DNA from: Armatimonadota bacterium
GTDB taxonomy: Bacteria; Armatimonadota; Zipacnadia; Zipacnadales; UBA5352
Assembly (NCBI GenBank): GCA_034722055.1
Contig: JAYENL010000321.1
Location: 1 to 17,396 of the forward strand
Reading direction: 5' to 3'
DNA: 17,396 bases
Shown here one piece after another: positions 7,601 to 15,221 of the stretch (position 1 is the stretch's first letter; every line of letters starts with the position of its first letter). The position numbers and the translations under genes were made by a program. The notes beneath the pieces were generated by a model that saw nothing but the letters and a program-made list of their open reading frames with translations, had not been told where the DNA came from and did no database searches.

Positions 7601-8175
7601 CCTTCAAGCCGCACACCACCAAGCGCGGCGATGCCATGTGCTTCTTCACGCTTACCGACCTGGACGCGGAGGTGGAGGTGACGGTCTTCCCGCGTCTCTA
7701 CCAGGAGCGCGGGGAGCTGATCGAGGACGACGCCATGCTCGTGGTCGGCGCCAAGCTGGAGCTGAACAGCCGGGTGGGACCGGGCGGCGAGGAGATCGAG
7801 GAGCCGCGCCTGCTGGCCAACTCCATTACGCTGTTGGAGAACGCGCGCAGGCCCTCGGACAAGCGAATCGACGACGCTCGGAAGGGGCGGGAGCGGAAGG
7901 AGCGCCAGCAACGGGAGCGGGAGCTGGCGCAGAGCCCGCCCCAGGTGGAGCTGCGGCTGCGGGCCTGCAGTGACGTGGAGCGCGCCATGGAGGAGCTGCG
8001 GCGAGCCATCCACGACCATCCCGGGTCCATGGATGTGCGAGTGCGCGTGCCGGGGCCGACCGGTGAGCGGGTGGTACGCCTGGGACCGGACTACCGGGTG
8101 GAGGCCGGCGACGGCTTCCTGGACGCGGTCAGGCCCCTGCCGTGGGTGGAGCGGGCCGAGACCGGGCGCAACTGA
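4633..8175 (+). CDS. dnaE: DNA polymerase III alpha subunit
   Basis: PHP motifs HLHVHTEYSLLDG, TDHG, GCEVY, ATNDVHY; GRGSATGS; catalytic PDIDLDF and KIDLLGL; YGFNKSHS; clamp-binding-like QSSLF; C-terminal OB fold. 1180 aa with no intein-sized insertion. Confidence 0.99.
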   Translation: MSSQTPPFVHLHVHTEYSLLDGAIALPKLAPRVAELGMPAVALTDHGVMYGAIEFYKACHEAGVKPIIGCEVYVAPRTRFDRDPRRDRNAYHLVLLAKDLQGYRNLVELTSRASVEGHYYNPRVDLELLSTCTEGLIALSGCPQGELGKLLGTGDMAGARQLVGQYREIYGQDNYFLEIQDHGLEIEGQIMPGIVEISREMDVPLVATNDVHYLNREDHRYHDILLCIGTNSCVSDENRMRMETEEFYLKSQQEMAELFSEYPEALANTIEIAERCNVELELGKLRLPHYDVPEGHDLDSFLRQRCLAGVHERYDCQPGQEPPEVMERLEYELDVIQQQNYSGYFLIVSDLCNEAQRRGMLIGPGRGSATGSMVGYVLGITQLDPLEYGLIFERMLNPERESPPDIDLDFPDDRRQEIIEYCKEKWGEDHVAQIITFNTLGARAAIRDVGRALGVELDRVDALAKLVPYGMEIAEARQAIGDLRQMLDRDPELAEVLDAAEHLEGLARHSSVHAAAVVVSDEPLMNKVPLKRDEDEAMPVTQYAMDPVADVGLVKIDLLGLKTLQVVANTIDLVRERHGVEIDPLDMPLDDARTYEMLSRGETDAVFQLESEGMRRILRQLKPDCFEHIIQMIALYRPGPMQFADQLCERRHGAEVQYPHPDLAPILQETYGVILYQEQVMRTASELAGFSMPQAELIMRAMAKKKQTQMEQMKPLFMHGCVENGIDLACAEDIFQRMETFSNYGFNKSHSTGYALVVYWTAYLKANYPAEYMASHLTTVMDSSEDVAKYVAACQKMGLEVRPPSVNASNAEFSVDDEGAITYGLAAIKNLGQNTAWAVQRQREEDGAFRGLADFCARVSAKDMQLSALQLLIQAGAFDEFGERAALLAAAPAAYQAGQRRQADMAVGQSSLFGGDDGLEDTEEVALPDVEPLPNQEKLRLEKELLGCWISENPLVKTREKLERCTTAKLSELTDFPDGLELVVGGMVKTFKPHTTKRGDAMCFFTLTDLDAEVEVTVFPRLYQERGELIEDDAMLVVGAKLELNSRVGPGGEEIEEPRLLANSITLLENARRPSDKRIDDARKGRERKERQQRERELAQSPPQVELRLRACSDVERAMEELRRAIHDHPGSMDVRVRVPGPTGERVVRLGPDYRVEAGDGFLDAVRPLPWVERAETGRN

Positions 8176-8210
8176 ATGCGCTGACGACGGGCGCCCGGAG
8201 GTGCGTCGCA

Positions 8211-9542
8211 CTGTCCGATCTCGTTACCATCGTTGATGGGCGTGCGGACCTGCCGGTGTGCCTGCGCGAGCTAAGCGACCGCAGGCATCGTCGCCAGCCG
8301 GCGCACATCGAGCGGTCCGCGCGCGAGATCGTGGAGCGGGTCGTGGCCGAGGGCGACGCGGCGGTGGTGGAGTACACGCGGCGCTTTGACTGCCCCACCT
8401 TCGACGCCTCGCAGCTCTCGGTGCAGCCCCAGACCATCCAGACGGCCTACGATGAGGTCGCCTCGGACTGGGTGCGCGCCTACCGACGTGCGCGCGAGAA
8501 CATTCTCAGCTTCCACGAGCGGCAGCTCCCGGGATCGTGGCTGGAGGAGTTCGACGGGATGCTGCTGGGCGAGCGCCTCCGCCCGGTGGCGTCGGTGGGC
8601 GTGCATGTTCCCGGGTTCAGCGTGCCGCTGTTCGCGACGGTGGCCATGTCGGTGGAGCCGGCGCGGGCCGCGGGCGTGGAGCGCGTCGTCATCGCCACTC
8701 CGCCCCGCAAGGACGGCTCCATCGACCCCCTGGTGTTGGTGGCGTGTGCCGAGAGCGGTGTGGACGAGATCTACCGCATGGGCGGGGCGCAGGCCGTGGC
8801 CGCCGTGGCATACGGCACGGAGACGGTGGCGGCAGTTGACATGGTCGTGGGCCCGGGCAATCCCTACACCATGGCCGCCAAGCGCATGGTGTTCGGCCAG
8901 GTGGGGATCGACTCGCTGGCCGGGCCCAGTGAGTCCATGATCATCGCCGACGGTCAGGCCGATCCGGCGTGGGTGGCCGCCGACCTGCTCTGCCAGGCGG
9001 AGCATACCGGCGACAATACAGTGGTCCTGGCGACCGAGTCTGAGAGCCTTGCGGACGCCGTGGAGGCGGCGGCGCATTCGCAGATCGAGAAGCTGCAGCG
9101 CGCCGACCTCATCCGCCAGTCGCTGGCAGAGTACGGAATGATCGCGCTGGTGGAGGGCATGGAGGCGGCCTGCGAGCTGTGCAACGAGCTGGCGCCGGAG
9201 CACCTGCAGCTCATGGTGGCCGAGCCGCTGGCGCTGCTGGAGCTGATACACAACGCGGGCGCCATCTTCGTCGGAGAGCTGGCGACGGTGCCGCTGGGTG
9301 ACTACGCCGCCGGCCCCAGCCATGTGCTGCCCACCGGCGGCTCGGCGCGCTTCTCGTCAGGGCTGTCGGTGCGCGACTTCCTGAGAGGCTCGTCGCTGAT
9401 CTACGCCGCGGAGCGCGGCTTCACGCGCCTGGCGCAGGACGTTGAGCTGCTGGCCGAGGCCGAGGGCCTGGACGCCCACGCCGCCGCGGTGCGCATCCGC
9501 CGCAGAGCGGGCTTCGGGCCGCAGGACCGGGAGGAGAGCTGA
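8211..9542 (+). CDS. hisD: histidinol dehydrogenase (probable CTG start at 8211; ORF track start 8142 overlaps dnaE)
   Basis: Motifs GDAAVVEYTRRFD, GGAQAVAA, GPGN, AGPSE, QAEH, APEHL, GDYAAGPSHVLPT, EGLDAHA. SD GGAGGT at 8197-8202. Confidence 0.97.
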   Translation: MSDLVTIVDGRADLPVCLRELSDRRHRRQPAHIERSAREIVERVVAEGDAAVVEYTRRFDCPTFDASQLSVQPQTIQTAYDEVASDWVRAYRRARENILSFHERQLPGSWLEEFDGMLLGERLRPVASVGVHVPGFSVPLFATVAMSVEPARAAGVERVVIATPPRKDGSIDPLVLVACAESGVDEIYRMGGAQAVAAVAYGTETVAAVDMVVGPGNPYTMAAKRMVFGQVGIDSLAGPSESMIIADGQADPAWVAADLLCQAEHTGDNTVVLATESESLADAVEAAAHSQIEKLQRADLIRQSLAEYGMIALVEGMEAACELCNELAPEHLQLMVAEPLALLELIHNAGAIFVGELATVPLGDYAAGPSHVLPTGGSARFSSGLSVRDFLRGSSLIYAAERGFTRLAQDVELLAEAEGLDAHAAAVRIRRRAGFGPQDREES

Positions 9543-9544
9543 CC

Positions 9545-10135
9545 ATGGCGGAACGGTCGGCCGAGCTGCAGCGCAGCACGAAGGAGACGCACATCGAGCT
9601 CTCGCTGGTGCTTGACGGCTGCGGGGAGGCCGAGATCGCTACCGGCCTGGGCTTCTTCGACCACATGCTCACGCACATCGCCCGCCATGGGCTGTTCGAC
9701 CTGAAGGTGAAGGCCAGCGGCGATGTGCACGTGGACTTCCATCACCTGGTGGAGGACGTGGGGATCGTGCTGGGCGGCGCCATCGCCGCGGCTGTGGGAG
9801 ACAAGACGGGCCTTGTCCGCTATGGCCTGGCGGCCTGCCCCATGGATGAGGCCGTGGTGATGGTCACGCTCGACCTCAGCGGACGGCCGTGGTGCCGCTG
9901 CGCGCTGGAGTTCCCGACCGAGAAGATCGGCGAGTTCGACAGTGAGCTGATCCGCGAGTTCTTCACCGCCGTGGCCAACAACGCCGCCATGTCACTGCAC
10001 GTGGTGCAGCAGTCCGGCGCTAACTCGCATCACATCGCCGAGAGCGCCTTCAAGTCCTTTGCGCGGGCCCTGGACGAGGCGACCAGGCTGGATGAGCGTG
10101 TCACGGGCGTGCCGTCCACCAAGGGCACGCTGTGA
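9545..10135 (+). CDS. hisB: imidazoleglycerol-phosphate dehydratase (monofunctional)
   Basis: RSTKETHI, GFFDHML, DFHHLVED, PMDEA, NSHHIAES, VPSTKGTL; no N-terminal phosphatase domain. Confidence 0.99.
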   Translation: MAERSAELQRSTKETHIELSLVLDGCGEAEIATGLGFFDHMLTHIARHGLFDLKVKASGDVHVDFHHLVEDVGIVLGGAIAAAVGDKTGLVRYGLAACPMDEAVVMVTLDLSGRPWCRCALEFPTEKIGEFDSELIREFFTAVANNAAMSLHVVQQSGANSHHIAESAFKSFARALDEATRLDERVTGVPSTKGTL

Positions 10136-10235
10136 CGAGCCGCTCCCCGCTGAAGAGCTGCAGGGCTCCACGCCTTTCCGTCGTTCCACCGGCGTCTCAC
10201 CCTCTCAGTCGGTGCGGCGCTGTGAGGAGACGCAC

Positions 10236-10859
10236 ATGATCGCCCTGATCGACTACGGAACGGGAAACCTGGGCAGCGTCGGCAACGCCCTGCGGTACAT
10301 CGGCTGTGAGTTCGAGATCACCAGCGAGCCGCATGCCATCGACGGCGCGGATGGCGCCGTCCTGTCCGGCGTGGGCGCCTTTGGCGACTGCATGAGGAAC
10401 CTCCGCGATCGCGGCCTTGTGGAGCCGATCCGGGAGTACATCGCTTCCAACCGGCCCTTCTTGGGGATCTGCCTCGGTCTGCAGCTTCTCTTCAGCGAGA
10501 GCGAGGAGATGGGCAGCCACCGGGGTCTGGACGCGATCCCCGGCCGCGTGATTCGCTTCACGCACACGCTGAAGATCCCGCAGATCGGCTGGAATCAGGT
10601 CCACAAGCGACAGCACTGCCCCCAGCTTGAGGGCGTGCCGGAGGGCTCCTACGTCTACTTCGTGCACTCCTATCACGTGGTGCCCGAGGACGAGTCCGTC
10701 ATCGCGACAACCACCGATTACGGGTACGACTTCTGCTCGGCGATTCGCCGCGGGAACCTCTTCGCCACGCAGTTCCATCCTGAGAAGAGCGCCGACGTCG
10801 GCCTGCAGATCCTGCGCAACTTCGCGCGCACCTGCGGTGAGGCGGTGGAGGGCCCATGA
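10236..10859 (+). CDS. hisH: imidazole glycerol phosphate synthase glutamine amidotransferase subunit
   Basis: ATG 10236 with SD GAGGAG; IDYGTGNLGSV, GVGAF, GICLG (catalytic Cys), YFVHSY, QFHPEKS. Confidence 0.98.
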   Translation: MIALIDYGTGNLGSVGNALRYIGCEFEITSEPHAIDGADGAVLSGVGAFGDCMRNLRDRGLVEPIREYIASNRPFLGICLGLQLLFSESEEMGSHRGLDAIPGRVIRFTHTLKIPQIGWNQVHKRQHCPQLEGVPEGSYVYFVHSYHVVPEDESVIATTTDYGYDFCSAIRRGNLFATQFHPEKSADVGLQILRNFARTCGEAVEGP

Positions 10860-11602
10860 TCGTCATCCCGGCCGTTGACCTCTCGCGAGGCCAGGTGGTG
10901 CGCCTGGAGCGCGGCGACATGGCGCGGCGCACGGTATACTCCGATGACCCAGCCGCCATGGCGCAGCGCTGGGAGGCTGAGGGCGCGCGGCGCCTGCACG
11001 TGGTGGATCTCGACGGGGCCATCGAGGGCCGGCCGGCGAATCTTGCCTCCGTGGCCGCTATCGTCGATGCCGTCGAAGTGCCGGTGGACATGGGCGGCGG
11101 CCTGCGCACGCTGGAGGACATGCAGACTGTGCTGGACCTGGGAGTGCGCTGGGTGCTGCTGGGCACCAGCGCGCTGACCAGCCCGGAGGTGCTGGAGAGG
11201 GCGCTGGACCGCTTCGGGGACGCTATCTGCGTGAGTATCGACGCGCGCGACGGCATGGTCGCCATCGAGGGCTGGGTCGAGACCTCGCAGGTGCCCGCGC
11301 TTGAGCTCGCCAGGCGGGTCGAGCGGATGGGCGTGGAGGAGATCGTGCATACGGACATCCTCAGCGACGGAATGCTGACGGGCCCGAACATCCCGGCGCT
11401 CCGCGAGATCGTCGCGAACACGGGGCTGCGCGTGATCGCTGCGGGTGGCGTGAAGTCGCTCGAACACATTCGCGCGCTCAAGCAGCTTGAGCCGCTGGGC
11501 GTGGTGGGCTGCATCAGCGGCCGGGCCATCTACACCGGCGACCTGCCGCTGGCGGAGGCGATGAAGATCGCGGAGGACGATTCTGCCCCGTCGCCCGCGT
11601 AG
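10856..11602 (+). CDS. hisA: ProFAR isomerase
   Basis: IPAVDL, VVRL, LHVVDLDGA, GGGLR, TDILSDGMLTGPN, AAGGV, GRAIY; ATGA overlap with the hisH stop. Confidence 0.98.
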   Translation: MIVIPAVDLSRGQVVRLERGDMARRTVYSDDPAAMAQRWEAEGARRLHVVDLDGAIEGRPANLASVAAIVDAVEVPVDMGGGLRTLEDMQTVLDLGVRWVLLGTSALTSPEVLERALDRFGDAICVSIDARDGMVAIEGWVETSQVPALELARRVERMGVEEIVHTDILSDGMLTGPNIPALREIVANTGLRVIAAGGVKSLEHIRALKQLEPLGVVGCISGRAIYTGDLPLAEAMKIAEDDSAPSPA

Positions 11603-11705
11603 ATCGACTTCCAGCCCGACGGAGGCCTACAGCGGATGGCCATCGCTCGCTGTCGGTCGCTCTGGGCGATGCTGGTGACCACGAACGATACAGGGAGCGA
11701 ATGAG

Positions 11706-12509
11706 ATGCTTGCCAAGCGCATCATCCCGTGTCTGGATGTGAAGGACGGCCGTGTGGTCAAGGGCGTGCAGTACGTGGACTTCCGCGATGCCGGCGACCC
11801 GGTGGAGCAGGCAGCGTGGTACAATGAGCAGGGCGCGGACGAGCTGACCTTCCTGGACATCACCGCCTCGCTGGAGCATCGCGACACGGTGCTGGACATC
11901 GTGCGGCGCACCGCCGAGCAGGTGTTCATCCCCTTCACCGTGGGTGGCGGGATTCGCACCATCGAGGACATCCGCGACACGCTGAAGGCCGGCGCCGACA
12001 AGGTGTCCATCATGACCGCCGCGGTGCAGAATCCCGACATCATCACCGAGGGTGCGGAGCGCTTCGGCTCGCAGTGCATCGTGGTGGCCGTTGACGCCAA
12101 GCGTATCCCGGAGGAGGGCCGCGATGACGCCCACCTGGGGCCGGCGCCCGGCGAGGAGATCATCTGGCGGGTGCACACCCACGGAGGGACGCGGGAGACC
12201 GAGGTGGACGCACTGGAGTACGCCGCCCGGGCCGAGGAGCTGGGCGCGGGCGAACTGCTCGTCACCAGCATGGACGCGGACGGCACCAGGGCCGGCTACG
12301 ACGTGGAGCTGCTGCGCCGGATCAACGAGAACGCGGGGATCCCGGTCATTGCATCGGGCGGCGCTGGCAGCGTGGATCACATGTACGAGGCGCTGGATTA
12401 CGGCAAGTGCGATGCGGTGCTGGCGGCGAGCATCTTCCACTTCCGGGAGTATACTATCCGCGAGGTCAAGGAGGAGCTGGCAGCGCGCGGCGTGCCGGTG
12501 AGGCTATAG
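11706..12509 (+). CDS. hisF: imidazole glycerol phosphate synthase cyclase subunit
   Basis: [68 protein letters not shown]. Confidence 0.99.
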   Translation: MLAKRIIPCLDVKDGRVVKGVQYVDFRDAGDPVEQAAWYNEQGADELTFLDITASLEHRDTVLDIVRRTAEQVFIPFTVGGGIRTIEDIRDTLKAGADKVSIMTAAVQNPDIITEGAERFGSQCIVVAVDAKRIPEEGRDDAHLGPAPGEEIIWRVHTHGGTRETEVDALEYAARAEELGAGELLVTSMDADGTRAGYDVELLRRINENAGIPVIASGGAGSVDHMYEALDYGKCDAVLAASIFHFREYTIREVKEELAARGVPVRL

Positions 12510-12544
12510 AGGTTCGTAGAGCAGGGAATGTGGTGGGTCGGACC

Positions 12545-13249
12545 ATGATAGGCGAAGACGCATGTCCGGAGGACGTTATCGAGCTCCCGGAGCTGCGCGA
12601 CCGCGTGGGTGTCTTCGAGGGCCGCGAGGAGGCCGGGCATGTCCTTGCGGGCATGGTGGAGCACCTGCAGGAGAGCGACGCGCTGGTGCTGGGAGTGCCG
12701 GCGGGCGGCGTGCCGGTGGCGGCGGCGCTGGCGGATGATCTGGGGCTTGAGCTTGACGTGGCGGTGGTGAGTAAGATCACGCTGCCCTGGAACCCCGAGG
12801 CCGGCTACGGCGCGGTGGCCTTCGACGGCAGTGTGCGCATCAATGAGCCTCTGGTGGGGCGCCTGGGGCTGGGCGATGAGGATGTGCGGCGGGGGATCGA
12901 GGCCACGCGCGAAAAGGTGCAGCGGCGCGTGCGGGAGCTGCGCGGTGAACGTCCGCTGCCGGACATCTCCGGCCGAACCGTCATACTCGCCGACGACGGC
13001 CTGGCCTCGGGCTTCACCATGCTGACGGCGGCCCAGGCCGTGCGGGAGAACGCGCCGGAGCAGGTCGTGGTGGCGGTGCCGACGGCCCACATGGATGCCG
13101 TCCGCCGCGTGGTCGATGAGGTGGACTGCATCTACTGCGCCAACCTGCGCGGGGGGCTGCGCTTCGCCGTTGCCGCGGCCTATCGGCACTGGTACGACGT
13201 CTCTCTCGACGAGGTCATTGCGCTGCTGGAGGAACACCGCGCCGGGTAG
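12545..13249 (+). CDS. predicted type I phosphoribosyltransferase (COG1926-like)
   Basis: [27 protein letters not shown]-binding motif [21 protein letters not shown]-terminal [13 protein letters not shown]. Start uncertain; ATG 12545 chosen. Confidence 0.9.
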   Translation: MIGEDACPEDVIELPELRDRVGVFEGREEAGHVLAGMVEHLQESDALVLGVPAGGVPVAAALADDLGLELDVAVVSKITLPWNPEAGYGAVAFDGSVRINEPLVGRLGLGDEDVRRGIEATREKVQRRVRELRGERPLPDISGRTVILADDGLASGFTMLTAAQAVRENAPEQVVVAVPTAHMDAVRRVVDEVDCIYCANLRGGLRFAVAAAYRHWYDVSLDEVIALLEEHRAG

Positions 13250-13290
13250 AGCTGCCGGCCGGCGGACCCAGGCCACAGGAGGACGCGCAC

Positions 13291-13671
13291 GTGTATACGG
13301 ATGACCTGGAGTTCAACGATCAGGGCCTCATCCCGGCCGTGGTCTGCGACCACGAGACCAGCGAGGTGCTGATGGTCGCGTACATGAATGAGGATGCTCT
13401 GCGGCAGACGATCGAGACGGGGAAGGCCACCTACTGGAGCCGGTCGCGGCAGAAGATGTGGGTGAAGGGCGAGACGAGTGGGAACACCCAGCGCGTAAAC
13501 TGGATCCGTCTCGACTGCGACGGCGACACGCTGCTCTTGGGCGTGGAGCAGACCGGCGGCGCCTGCCACCTGGGCTACCGATCCTGCTTCTATCGCGAGC
13601 TGCACGACGGCGAGTGGGAGGCTATTGCCGAGAAGGTCTTCGATCCCGACGAGGCATACGGCGACGACTGA
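13291..13671 (+). CDS. hisI: phosphoribosyl-AMP cyclohydrolase (monofunctional, no HisE fusion)
   Basis: GTG start after [49 protein letters not shown]. Confidence 0.98.
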   Translation: MYTDDLEFNDQGLIPAVVCDHETSEVLMVAYMNEDALRQTIETGKATYWSRSRQKMWVKGETSGNTQRVNWIRLDCDGDTLLLGVEQTGGACHLGYRSCFYRELHDGEWEAIAEKVFDPDEAYGDD

Positions 13672-13746
13672 CTGCCCGAACGCCGAAGCCCTGTGAGTGC
13701 CTCACCGATGCGCGAATAGCAGTAGCCCCGAGAGGCGGCTCCGGGA

Positions 13747-13766
13747 CGTGTCGCATGAGCGACACG
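13747..13766. repeat. perfect hairpin in the convergent hisI/SDR spacer (possible bidirectional terminator element)
   Basis: CGTGTCGC-atga-GCGACACG, 8-bp stem; no U-tract. Confidence 0.5.
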
Positions 13767-13823
13767 GCCTCAGGCGCACGGCATTCCGCCTATCGTCGCC
13801 TGCCATTGTACCGTCCGCAGGGG

Positions 13824-14537
13824 TCACGTCAGCGCCCCGTAGAGCCGCAGCACTGAGCCGTTCACGACCCCGGCCTCATCACTGAGAAGCCAGGCCAGCA
13901 CCTCAGCGATCTGCTGGGGAGTGACCCATCGGCTGTAGTCAGCGGCCGGTCGGGCCTCGCGGGTGATCGGCGTGTCGATGATCGACGGCATGACGGCCGC
14001 CACCGCAACACCCGTGCCCGCCACCTCCTTGGCCATGCAGGCGGTGAGGCTCAGAACCCCCGCCTTGGCGCAGGTGTAGGCAGCGCGTCCGGCCGGTAAG
14101 TCCTCTGCGGCCTTCGAGGAGACACTGACGATGCGGCCCCGGTCGGCCTCCAGCATATGCTGCAGGGCGTGCTTGCTGCACAGGAACATCGAGGTCAGGT
14201 TCAGGTCCATCATCCGCCGCCACGTCTCCAGCTCGGTCTGCGCTACGTCCTCCCGCCCCGCGAAGCCCCCGACCAGGTTCAGGAGCGCGTCCGGCCCTCC
14301 CAGTTCATCGTGAACCCGGTCCGTCATACCGCTGACCTCGTCCTCCTCCAGCACGTCGCAGACGACGGGCGTCACAGGTGCGTCGGTCGGCAGACGCTCG
14401 GCGAGGCCATCGAGCTTCTGCTGGGTACGCTCCACCGCCACGACGTGCGCGCCTGCGTTGAGGAGGTGTGTGGTGACGGCCGTACCCAGGTTCCCGGCGG
14501 CGCCGGTGACAATCGCTATGCTCCCGTCAAGCTCCAT
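13824..14537 (-). CDS. short-chain dehydrogenase/reductase (SDR), NAD(P)-dependent
   Basis: VTGAAGNLG Rossmann motif, NLVGGF, VSVSS, catalytic YTCAK (YxxxK), PSIIDT. Confidence 0.95.
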   Translation of the reverse strand: MELDGSIAIVTGAAGNLGTAVTTHLLNAGAHVVAVERTQQKLDGLAERLPTDAPVTPVVCDVLEEDEVSGMTDRVHDELGGPDALLNLVGGFAGREDVAQTELETWRRMMDLNLTSMFLCSKHALQHMLEADRGRIVSVSSKAAEDLPAGRAAYTCAKAGVLSLTACMAKEVAGTGVAVAAVMPSIIDTPITREARPAADYSRWVTPQQIAEVLAWLLSDEAGVVNGSVLRLYGALT

Positions 14538-15207
14538 TGCTGACTCTCCCCGGGCCTTCGTCAGCCTTCGCGTCGGCGGCGTCCGGCGACGGCGGGCGCT
14601 GCGCGAGGAGCCTGAGCACGTGGTGCTCGTGCGGCTCGCCGTGACTACGGTCGGTCACTGACAGCTCCTCACAACTCTCCACGCGCAGACCCCCGAAGAG
14701 GCCGGTGAGCTGCTCCCGCGTGAACCACGTCTCAACGTAGGGCGCGAACTCGCTCTCCCGGGCGTCCTCGCGGCTGAAGACGCTCGCGAACAGCCATGCG
14801 CCGGGACGCATGGCCTCCGTGATGGTACGAGCGACTCGTCGGGCCTCGTCCATGCCGAAGTGGCCAAGGACGGTGTCGGCGACCACGAGGTCGTAAGGGC
14901 CTTGGATAACGCCGGGCTGGGCGACGTCGGCGCGGCGAGCTTCGATGGGGAGCCTGCCGCGTCTGGCCATCTGCTTCAGTCTGCGAACGGCCTCCGCCGA
15001 GATATCGACCGCCTCGACGGTGAAGCCGTTGCGAGCGAGGAAGACGGCGTGGCGGCCGTGGCCGGCGCCGATGTCCAGTGCGCGGCCCGAGAGCTCCCTC
15101 GTCTGCACCAGCTCCACCACCGCGGGATCGGGCCTGAGCCCGAACAGCGGTCCGGGCCGGCGGTAGGCCTCATCGTAGCACCTGCTCAACTCAGATCGCT
15201 CGCCCAT
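14527..15207 (-). CDS. class I SAM-dependent methyltransferase (TehB-like)
   Basis: ATG 15207 with SD GAGGAG; motif I ALDIGAGHGRHAVFLA, VEAVDIS, YDLVV, MRPGAWL; C-terminal HGEPHEHH. Confidence 0.9.
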   Translation of the reverse strand: MGERSELSRCYDEAYRRPGPLFGLRPDPAVVELVQTRELSGRALDIGAGHGRHAVFLARNGFTVEAVDISAEAVRRLKQMARRGRLPIEARRADVAQPGVIQGPYDLVVADTVLGHFGMDEARRVARTITEAMRPGAWLFASVFSREDARESEFAPYVETWFTREQLTGLFGGLRVESCEELSVTDRSHGEPHEHHVLRLLAQRPPSPDAADAKADEGPGRVSNGA

Positions 15208-15221
15208 GGTACGACCGCTCC

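Noticed and set aside
4633..8175. Intein or split dnaE
   Set aside because: Length and motif spacing are those of an uninterrupted DnaE; no intein-sized insertion or splice-junction motifs are evident.
10059..10235. N-terminal extensions given by the ORF track for hisH (and likewise for the PRTase from 12407, MTase from 15279 and pmbA from 16772)
   Set aside because: The extensions overlap upstream genes and lack family similarity; downstream starts match family N-termini and mostly have clear SDs.
11611..11670. Resemblance to a ZMP/ZTP (pfl) riboswitch (GACGGA ... CTGGGCG) upstream of hisF
   Set aside because: The required pseudoknot complement (CCGUC-like) and the P1/P2 layout are not present; only short words match. 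An Rfam scan would settle it.
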